Below are positions 54,129 through 64,000 of a DNA stretch of 64,000 bases, piece after piece. Position numbers and translations under genes: made by a program. Position 1 is the first letter of the stretch. Each line of letters begins with the position of its first letter. Origin of the DNA: Sphyrna mokarran (lineage: Eukaryota). The notes beneath the pieces were generated by a model. The model had not been told where the DNA came from. It made no database searches and saw only the letters and a program-made list of their open reading frames with translations. Where the stretch lies: NCBI GenBank assembly GCA_024679065.1, contig JAGIQG010000017.1:28458001-28522000 (forward strand), read 5' to 3'.

Positions 54129-55441
54129 AGATATTTTCAGTCAATCATCCTTCTCTAAACTTTTCCCAGTCTCTGCACAAAATAAGTAGTTAGCCATTTG
54201 TTTCTAAGAAAATGAATTCTTGGATATGTCATTGTGATTACTGGTTATATTAGAAGTTAGCAAATATTTATTAGCAAACATTTTACAAAAAGGTTTTCAC
54301 CATCTCTCTGGTCCCTATAGCTACAGTGCCACATTTAGCAAATTTTCAAGAAGTCTCTCTTTACACAATTTTTGCTTCTTCCTTGAACACCTATTCTACA
54401 CGCGTTGCTCTTTCTCTTTTGCTCTTTATTTCAGCTTAACTTTCACATCTGCTTCACATATGTTTACCTTACTCCCTCAGTTTGCTTTTCCTACATCTGC
54501 TCCATTATTTTTTTCTCTTTCCTATGAATATGCAACTCGTATGAATGTCATTCATTTCTTTCAAGAGCATTATATCAGACTTCCAATTACTTAACTGACT
54601 GGGTGGCAGCCATAAATTATTGATGTTGGGAAATAGGTGTAACCAGGATTCAGAATACACAGAGGTTTAGAAGAAGGAGCATTATGTTGGAGGAGAGCAA
54701 TTTGAGCCACATTTATATGTAGATATGTAATGTTTTGGGGAGTTTATTTTATTTGTTTATTATATGACTTTACTGGCATCTTGGCGTTCTATACATAATA
54801 AAAGTTACTACAGGATACATAACTCATAAACATTATAAATCAGATCGTCAGCATAGAAAAATAAAAGTATCAGCTGAATTGGAATGGAATGGGACTCAAA
54901 ATTTATGATAAATATGCACAAATTTTACTTCATAATTCAACTCAGAAATGTAATTTTTAAAATCTTCATAAATGTGATAGGTATGAATATAGAGTAAAAT
55001 GTAACAGATAAACTGAATACTATAAAAATTTTATGATCAGAAAACCTTCTTTCAAAGCATACCATCTGTGAAATATCTATGAACATGAAAATATAGACAG
55101 CTAGCTTTTTCCTTAAAAGTGGAGTACTATAAGATCCTTCATTTCAGGTTTATTATGCTTTCTATGTCTTTCCTCATTTTTCATCAGCTGCATTAAGTAT
55201 TGATATTGATTTCTTGTAAATGTACTAAAAGGATGGCTAGCAGTTTTTTGTTATTGTTCTGCGGTACTTGTATGTAATTTATTACTGCTGCAACCAATGC
55301 CTGATCTTAGTGCACAGTGTAAAACATCAGCTTTTTCTGATGCAATAACAATCAACAATTTGCTTTTGTTAAACACCAATCTAATTTATTGTGCAAAACA
55401 TAAATTACTGGTAACAATTTAATTCTGTTATTGTCACTTAC

Positions 55442-55471
55442 CATCTAACATTCAAATTTCCACATATGTAT
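55442..55471 (-). CDS. Candidate 30-nt internal exon (x-YICGNLNVR-W), in phase with 52971-53160
   Basis: Acceptor tatttgtttttaatAG and consensus donor G|GTAAGT. Only one frame is open (phase 2-2), and it joins the downstream exon in frame (TG+G = Trp). Confidence 0.35.
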
Positions 55472-55734
55472 CTATTAAAAACAAATAGCAAGATCACAAA
55501 ATAATATATTTAGTATATACAAAAAGGCCTTGAGAATGCACTGCAAATATTAGCATATGAATCCTTACAATGTATAGAATTATTTTGTCACCTTGACTCT
55601 ATGTGTATGCCAATGACAGAAGCATAGAGTTATTTTATGTTCCTATATATAAAATCAGGTTTGCAATATGTTATGTTTCCCATTGAGGCCAATAACTTTC
55701 AAAATTAAATTTGAACTTCCAGTTCTAACTAAAT

Positions 55735-56725
55735 GGTGACCAGAATTGCGCACAGTATTCCAAGTGTGGCCGTACCAATGTCTTGTACAACTTCAATAAG
55801 GTGTCCCAATTCCTGTATTCAATGTTCTGACTGATGAAACCAAGCATGCTGAATGCCTTCTTCACCACTCTGTCCACCCATGACTCCATCTATGACTCCA
55901 CTTTCAAGGAGCTATGAATATGTACTCCTAAGTGTCTTTGTTCTGTTACTCTCCCCAATGTCCTACGATTAACAGAGTAAGTTCTGCCCTGATTCAACAT
56001 ACAAAATGCATTATCTCGCATTTGTCTAAATTAAACTCCATCTGCCATTCGTCAGCCCTCTAGCCCAACTGATCAAGATCCCGCTGCTATTGGAGATAAC
56101 CTTTCTCATCGTCCACCATGCCACCAATCTTGGTGTCATCTGCAAACTTATCAACTATGCCCCCTATATTCTCATTCAAATCATTAATAAAAATGGCAAA
56201 ATAACAGTGGGCCCAGCACTGATCCCTGAGACACACCAATGGTGAGAAGCCTCCAGTTTGAAAAACAACTCCCTTTAGCCAACCTCTGGTTTCTGTCAAG
56301 AAGCCAATTTTGCATCCATTTAGAAACTCATCCTGGATCCCGTGAGATTTAACTTTATGCAACAACCTACCATGTGGTACCTTGTCAAAAGCCTTGCTAA
56401 AGTCCATGTCGACAACACCAACTGCACTGCCCTTCAAATAACTCAATCAAGTTTGTGAGACATGACTTTCCACTCACAAAGCCATGGTGACTGTCCTTAA
56501 GCAGTTCTTGCACCTCTAAATGCCTGTAGGTCCTATCTTCTCTTTGTTGCCCTTTTTAAACAAAAGCACAACATCTGCCACTCTCCAATCTTCAGGCATC
56601 TCTATCAATGACTATTGATGATTTAAATATCTTGGCTAGGGGACCCACAATTTCCTCTCTAGCCTCCCTCAATGTCCTGGGATATACCTCATCAGGTCCC
56701 ACAGATTTATCTACCCTGATGCATT
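55735..56725 (-). mobile_element. CR1 LINE RT fragment, decayed
   Basis: MDFSKAFDKVPHGRLL...FINDL...KFADDTKIGG, with frameshifts. Confidence 0.9.
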
Positions 56726-56739
56726 ATTTACTTCAGGCT

Positions 56740-57277
56740 TGAGCTGTTCCAAAATCCTGGGTCTCCAGTGGGTGTTGTTATGGCAGTATTGTCCATCTCC
56801 TTGGCAGTGCAGCTGAGTAAAAAACCTGCTTAATTCTCAACAGTTGGCAGCTCTTGGCAGACTAGATACCTCTAGGATGTAATCCTGCAGAATGACCTCT
56901 CAACTGCCTGATTGGTTCATGATTCAGCAAGCCTTCCCCAAAGGGAACAAAATGGGTCTCCACTTTACAGGCGAGACTCGGTCTCCTCCACAAGGTGGAG
57001 ATGGAGAAGTCCGGGACTGGCCAACAATTGAACTGCCCAGCAGTCAGGAGGCTGACAATGCGAAGTCACTGCGCATGTGCAGAGGCCTGCTGTTTTCAGT
57101 TTCCTGGGGGGGAATAGGCCCCCGCCCCTGAAATCTAATGATATTTGTGCTGGTGGCCTCTGTAGTGCACACACTGTGGGAGATTCTAGTCTAAACTCCC
57201 ACTTAATAAACCAGTGTGAATTACTCCAGTTTTCCCGTGAACTCAACACTTAGAATGTTTTGGGGAGAATTCTGTCC
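56740..57277. mobile_element. GC-rich MITE-like element
   Basis: ggaggctgacaa..cactgcgcatg and the right end are homologous to 18306-18528 and 53880-54128. Confidence 0.6.
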
Positions 57278-57809
57278 AACAATCTTACAAAACCCATAAT
57301 TGAAGCAATACGGCCTATGGACTGGAACTGGGTGTGGAGACTACAGGGTTTAGGCAAATACTCAATTCTAAGATCAAACATAAATAGCTTGGAACTCAAA
57401 GAGGCCCAAAATTAATGTGACAAGACTGGGGAAAGGGAATTGAAGAGTTTGAAGGCCTGCGTGTATGTTTATTTTTTATATGGGAACAATTATGCATGCT
57501 ATTAGTACAGCTAAACAATGCCATGTATATTTTTGGTTAGTATTGTTTGTTTTTAAACTGATGCAGGTTGTGAAAAGAAATCTCCTAGGCAACACATTAA
57601 CTAGATAGAAGCTCCAGTATTTTCAACTCATAAATGCAAATTAAATATGTTATGGAAACAATTGATTGCGTCTGCTGTAAGAGGGACCAGTGTGGAAATA
57701 CAATGAAGTTCTTTCATTCTAAAGTCCCTCTGTCTTCAAATTATATTAACAAATTTAAAATATTAGATTGATGTACAACAGTGCAATTTAAATTACAAAT
57801 TGCCTCCTT

Positions 57810-58195
57810 GCAATTAGCTTCAGTTTATTGGTAGCACTCTTACATCTGAAAAAAAGAGTTCAATCTCCACTAATTACTTGAGCAGACCCAAGATTGTTCT
57901 GCATTGCTGAGGTGCTGTCTTTTGGACATGAAATTAAGTTAAAATCTGTTTGATAGAGCAAAGACAGTTCATGGTATAATTCGAAGTAGTTTGTTCATTG
58001 TCATTTTTCCCTCTGCCAACACCTTAAAACAGATGATCTTGCATTCATTTAACAGTTAAGGGGACTTATTCCATACAAGTTGGCTGCCTGTGTGAGAAAA
58101 TAACTACATTTCAAACATAATCAATTGGTTGTGGTGATTGGGATATTCTGCCCATATGAGAAAGCACTGTACTTATAAAATGTTGTTCTTTCTTT
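57810..58195 (+). mobile_element. Deu-domain SINE, decayed
   Basis: Head ggtagcactcttacatctga, core gaggtgctgtcttttggacatga, tail ttggctgcc...actacatttcaaa. Confidence 0.6.
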
Positions 58196-61100
58196 CCAAT
58201 GATTGAAAGTTTTCAAGACACACAAAAAAACTATGTTTTGCAGTTTTATTGGTAACCTAAAGACATGCAAAATGTAGATTCCTTATGCACTTGACAGGGA
58301 TAAAGAATTTAAATGAGAGTTACTAATAACCAAGTTTTACAATGTCTAATGATATGGTTAAAGCTCCAAGCCCACCACTGTAGTTTATTAGTTGTAACTC
58401 TGATTTAGGAGTCACTTTCAGTTTTACAGTATTATTGGACTAGGTTTAGTTATACGGGGTTAAATTTTACTTAATTTGGGAAGTGCCAAAGTAAGTCAAA
58501 ATCAGTGGTTGAGATGTTGCTGGGGAAGAGACAAGGAGCAGATTTAACAAATTTATACTTTCAGACCACACTTTACAGAGCAGGAGAATATTGAGAACGT
58601 GGGAGCCACAGCCAATGAACACTTTATGATTTTCCCATCATCAGTCCTACACATCTCAAATTTGATTCGCCTTCAACATTTTGTAATTGCTACCACACTG
58701 TCAACTTGTAAACTACAGTCCATCCAGTTAGATCAGGCATTGTGTCTGAGGGCACATAATAAAGAGCTATCTTATGATAAGGATCCCTTTCTTTGTGAAA
58801 TTTTAGAACTTATTTTTAAAAGTGAGCTTTTGTCTTAATCACAGGAAAGATTGGGAGAAATTACTGAGAAATGAAGTAGGGCATGTTTTATTTATTGAGG
58901 TGACAAGTTAGCGTTTAGTTAATTCAACTGCATTAATTTGCGTTCATTTCTTTCTCTCTTTTGCACATCGAAGAATGCATAAGTTTATTTGTTGTGCATT
59001 TTCAGACCTGGCATGTTACATTTAGCAGCCAATCAGGGAAAAAAGCTATAATGACTGTGCAGAATCACCTATTAACTCCCTTGATAGACACGTAAACACT
59101 ATAAATAATACTTAATCTATCAATCCAGCTTTGGAACATATGGAGGCAATAAGGTGTAGAAAGTCTCTCATCGCTGATGAGGCAATATAAATCACTATGA
59201 ACACCACAGCCTAAATTTTCCAATTGGGATCATCTGATTTGTGACCACAGGGAGAAAGCGGGCCAATGTTCCTGTTCCTGCATCCGGGGCTACTGGTTTT
59301 CTTGCAAAGAGAAAATACAGGAAAATCAAGCAAAGTGGAACAAACACCCATAAGGGAGCCTATCCAATTTTCAGCCTATTTAAATTAAATTAATGGACAG
59401 AAAATCGATCAAGCTCCATTAGGGGTGTGTAATCTACCCACATCGATTTTTCATCTATTTAAATTATCAGACAGAAAACAGAGTTGGCTCCTTTAGAGGC
59501 ATGCACACTTCCCTGCTGCTATTCACTGACCCCAAGCCATCCAGCAGCATGAGGCACAGAAATACTGCTCCACAGACTACATTCATATGTATGTATTGTG
59601 ATGGCCATAGGGGTTCATCCATACATTTCCCCATGCATCTCATTGAATATGAGCACCCCTATTAGGTGAGTGAAGGTTCTCCCAATACAGAAGGAGCAGC
59701 TTGTGGTTTAAAACCAGCTGGCTCTACTGAGACAGCAATCAATAGACTTAGGATTCATCTGCACTATGTGGTGCTACACAGTGTTCAAATATCACTGTTA
59801 ATAAAAGGGTAATTATAACAGAAGACTGGCCTTGGCAAGATTATTAAACTGACGACGAGAAGTAAAGCAAGTTTATTCTTTCCTCTGGACCATCTTTACT
59901 ATCAAGACGAGTAATCCTCCAGTAAGAAACATGCCTCTTATTGGGAAACTTGAAGCCTATACTGCAAGCATCGAAAAGTGGGCCCAGTACAGAACGCACA
60001 CATGTAACTTTTTTTGAACCATAAGTATTGAGGGAGGCGAGAAGTAGAAAGTGATCCTATTAACAGCATATGAGGGTCTAACCTTCATCGTAATCGAAAG
60101 CCTGGCTTATCTGAATGCCCAGATGCCAAAACCTTTAATGATTTGGTGGAGTTTGTTAATAGCTGCCATGACTCTAAACCTTCCATAACACTCCAGTGAT
60201 ACCATTTAACATGGCAGGGTAAATCTGGGGGAACCTGTCACCGGATTTATGACCAGGCTGCGAAAACTGATAGAGCACTAAGTTCAGGCCATCTCTGGTG
60301 AGTGATGCAAAATAGTCTGATCTATATAATTAAGAAGGTGACAGTCCAAACAAGTTATTGGCAGAACCCAATTTGGATCAAAAGAGGGCTATTGAGATAG
60401 CTCTTTCGTTGGAAAACTGTTTTCAGGAACTACAAAGAATATCAGATAGCAATATTCCCCGATTGGGGAGAGGGGCCTCATGCAATGTCCATCCCTCAGC
60501 TGACAGCAAAGGTATCAGAAAAATATGCCTGGTAGTGGTGGAGCCCAGACAGTCAACGGAAGTGAGTGGTAGACTCCGAGGGAGTATATTCAAGAAGGTT
60601 ATAGATGCCAGATGCTGCAGAAGACCACAATTGAGGCTAAGAGGTACGAATAGTCAAAACATGTGCTATTTTGAGAAAAGGCCAAGTCTAATGGTGGACC
60701 ATACATTACAGATAGGCCACAGCCAAAGACAAAGCAATTAAATGGCATCTCTATGTCAAAAGTTGTCCCCATAATGGTGGGGTTGTTAGTAAATGGCCAT
60801 CCATTAAAAATGGAAGGGGCTACAGAAGCTGTAGTCTCATTATCAGGAGCATATTTATAATTGCCTCTGGGTTGATATTCAACTTCTGGCCACCTACGCA
60901 GGAAAACCACTGGAGATAAATGGACCACAGTGAATTATAGGCAGCAGTTGGCTCAACTTTTATTCATCATTGTATGGGGACAAGCCTTATGGTATTAGAT
61001 TGGCTCCAACGATTCAGACTGAACTGGCAAGAGATCTTTAGGCTAGGCGCAGGGGGACTGTACAAAGACATCAATAAGTATCCTGAGTCTTCCAAGAAGG

Positions 61101-63053
61101 GCTTGGGAAAATAAAGGTAGCCAAAGCTAAGATTTCCATTAACCACAATGCTACACCTAAGTACTTTATAGTGAAACCAATTCCACACTCCCTAATGGAA
61201 AAGATAGAATGAGAACTGCAAGGTCTGGAAAAGTTGGGCATAGTAAGCCCCATAGTTTACAGAATGGGCTGCACTTGTTCTTCCGTCCTTAAGCTGGATA
61301 AGTCAGTCAAATTTTGTGGAGATTATCAATTTACAGTTAATAGGGTTTCTAAACTTGACAGATATCCCATGCCCTGGAATTAAAACCTGTACGCCTGGTT
61401 AATTGGGGACCAAACATTTTCAAAGTTGGTCATAAGCCAAAGTACATCTCCAACTTGAATTGGACGAGCTTTCCCAAAAGTACGTAACAATCAATTACCC
61501 CATATGCAACAAACGAGCACATTCGTCTACCTTTGGGCTCTCATCTGCATGCATCATTTTTCAATGGATCATTGGGAATATGCTCTGAAGAATACCTCAG
61601 GTAACAGTTTACCTGGATGATTTCTTGATGACAGGAACTTTGGAGCATAAACACCTATATAAACCTGAACAAAATCTTACGGTGATTTTCAGATGTTGGA
61701 GTATGCGTTAAAAGGGAAAAATGTATCTTCCAGGTAAATGGATTGATCTACTGGGCTATCAGGTGGAAGGCAAAGGCTTTCATCTGGTGGAAGACAAGAT
61801 GAGGAAGCATTAATTCCTAAGAACCCCATTGAATTGATATCCTTCCTGGGATTAGTGAATTACTATGTAAAGTTTATTCCAAATCAGCTTCCTTGCTGGC
61901 CCACATGGATGTCCTACTATGGAAATATCTACAGTGGTCTTGGATGGTGTCACAGCTACAGGCTTTCAATAGATTAAACAGCAACCTTTGTCCTCTAATT
62001 TATTGATTCACTTTGACCTTAAGGTCTATAAAGGACTTTATCTTGACATGTGATGCCGCTCCTTAAGGGTTGGGGCAATACTAGTACATCACTGGAGAGA
62101 TGGGATAGAGAAGCCTATTGTGTATGTATCTAGAATCCTCTCAGATACTGAGTGGAAAGATATTCCAGATCGAGAAAGAGGGATTGGCAGTTGTTTTCAG
62201 CATTATAAAACTCCGTCAATCTTTCTACGGGAGATGGTTTTTCAGTGACTGATCGTAAACCAGTCTTGGGACATTTTAAGGAAGACAAGGTAATTGTCCC
62301 TACTGCCTTCATCCTGATACGGTGTTGGGTCTTGTTACTGGAGACTTATGAATGCCTCCTAGAGCATTAGCCCAGGATCTGGATAGCTAATACTGATGCA
62401 AAGAGTTGTTTGCATTGGTTGGAAGTCCAGCTTCACCATCAGCTATGGAAGAGCTTGTGATGACCCTCAATTTGTTAAACAGCATATGGGAATATGCGAA
62501 GCAAATCAAGGCCTGGGCACAAAAGAACCTAGTCCTGTCTAAATTAAAAAAAAACATAATACTGTATGGAGGATTCACAAGACAGCCCTCAGATGAAATG
62601 AAACATTACTGGATAAAGAAAAACGAGCTCATGTTGAGGGTGGTATCAACCTCTCTGGGATTTCTGCGTAGATGTCCATCACCAAGTGACATCCAATATT
62701 TATGGCACAACACATAGCCACTCTGGGATTTTAAAGATGCCAGCCAGGAGCAATGTACGATGGTGGCCCAGTCTTGATGCAAACATTAGTGACTTGGTTA
62801 GACAGTGTGAAACAGGCTAAGAAAATGAAAAACCCCCTCACTAAGCTTTCCTAAATCCATGGGAATGGCCTAGTAGGCCCAGGATGCAAGTACACATTGA
62901 CTTTGCTGTGCTTATTTTGGGCTCCACGTTCTTGATTATGTTCAACGTGATTCCCAAATGATTGGAGGTACATTGTATGAATTCCACCACTTTCACATAT
63001 TAACACTGAGAAACTGCACAAATTTTCTGCACTTACAGGATATCTAAAGTCTT

Positions 63054-63168
63054 GGGCCAGAATTTTACCCAAATTGAGGTGGGCTCACAGAAGGGAATTC
63101 TCCATTGGCCTTGGGCAGGGTTTTACGAGCCTGAGCATTGCCTGAGCAATGTTGCAAAATACTGGCCC
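63054..63168. mobile_element. 115-bp MITE inserted in the Gypsy integrase
   Basis: TIRs gggccagaatttt / aaaatactggccc (12 of 13 match); interrupts the integrase KVL|VSDN motif. Confidence 0.75.
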
Positions 63169-63575
63169 TGGTCTCTGATAATAGCATTGCCTTTACTAGT
63201 ATGGGTTTCAGAAGTTAATGCTTTCCAATGGAAGCAAACACATTAGGATACCACACTAACACCTGTCATCAAATGGGTTGGTTGAATGAGTAGTGCAGAC
63301 TTTTAAGCATAAAGATGCAAGGTCCATTGAGACCAAACTGGTGTGATTTTTTATTCAAGTACAGGATACCCCTCACGTAATGACAGGAACCGCCCTAGCA
63401 GAATTATTAATGAGATGATTAAACTTACTTTTCCTAAACCTGGCTCTTTGCCAGAAGAAAACTATGACTCTGTAAGAACATGATGTGGAGATGCTGGCGT
63501 TGGATTGGGGTAAACTCAGTAAGAAGTCTCACAACACCAGGTTGAAGTCCAACAAGTTTATTTGGTAGCAAAAGC

Positions 63576-63610
63576 CATTAGCTTTCAGAGCATTGCCTCT
63601 TCGTCAGATC
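63576..63610 (-). ncRNA. Minimal hammerhead ribozyme-like motif on the opposite strand
   Basis: CUGACGA-AGAG(GCAAUG)CUCU-GAAA-GCUA on the minus strand. Confidence 0.5.
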
Positions 63611-63619
63611 TTCGTCACA

Positions 63620-63655
63620 AACCTGATGAAGGGACAGCGCTCTGAAAGCTAGTGT
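63620..63655 (+). ncRNA. Minimal type I hammerhead ribozyme-like motif
   Basis: CUGAUGA-AGGG(ACAGCG)CUCU-GAAA-GCUA: catalytic boxes, a 4-bp stem II and a palindromic AGCU helix III. Stem I is weak in this copy. Confidence 0.55.
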
Positions 63656-64000
63656 CTTTTGCAACCAAATAAACCTGTTGGACTTTAACCTGGTGTTGTG
63701 AGGCTTCTCACTCTGTAAGAATAGACAGACCATTCAAAACTGGCAATCCAGTCCATGTGAGGAACTTCGGGGATAGCCTCAGTTGGCTTTCCAGAATTAT
63801 AACAGAAAATGGGACCCATATACAAAGTTCAAGTACGGAGCAAGATTGTCAGAAAACACCTGGACCATTTCTGGAGTAGGGAGTCTGTGCCAATGCATGC
63901 CTCATGAGCAGCCACAGCTTGACCATTGCTAGCCTCAAGCCACAAGTGATGTCAAGTCTTTGCAGGCCCCTTTGGATAAAGTAAAGTACGTTTATTTATT

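Larger units (their letters stand above)
63479..63709. mobile_element. Palindromic Penelope-derived short element, copy 2
   Basis: Same 5' start (atgtggagatgctg) and arms as 30526-30768; flanking repeat actctgtaagaa at 63467-63478 and 63710-63721. Confidence 0.85.
59597..64000 (+). mobile_element. Degenerate Ty3/Gypsy element (5' LTR-gag-PR-RT-RH-IN), running off the window
   Basis: Probable LTR start TGTGATGG at 59597; PBS-like ctgacgacgag at 59849-59859; gag MPLIGKLEAY at 59931; LVNGHPLKME; CGDYQFTVN; VYLDDFL at ~61607; LTCDAAP; YSRSRKEGL; VHIDFA. Confidence 0.9.

Noticed and set aside
1-64000. Prokaryotic systems (CRISPR arrays, retrons, operons), rRNA and tRNA genes
   Set aside because: No repeat-spacer arrays or gene-dense structure are present. 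All RT motifs belong to eukaryotic LINE, LTR or PLE clades, and tRNA-like pieces are decayed SINE heads.

Overview
This is repeat-rich eukaryotic DNA, not prokaryotic. The mix of Deu-domain SINEs (SacSINE1/AmnSINE1-like), CR1, L1, L2, RTE, Penelope-like and Gypsy elements points to a cartilaginous fish, most likely a shark (inferred from repeat content). Almost all ORFs in the supplied track are decayed transposon frames or noise. Resolved content includes four degenerate Gypsy LTR elements, one of them full-length with both LTRs and a 5-bp TSD, splitting an L1 RT motif and carrying a CR1. There is also a solo LTR with a TSD, a young CR1 family, a Penelope-like fossil, a PIF/Harbinger transposase fossil and many GC-rich MITE-like elements. 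Candidate minus-strand 3' exons of an unidentified host gene lie at about 53-55.5 kb, with a perfect hairpin on the stop codon. The most unusual signal is a ~240-bp palindromic element present in two copies, each with a 12-13 bp flanking duplication, that carries hammerhead-ribozyme-like cores. All coordinates and alignments were read by eye, so the ends of decayed repeats are approximate.
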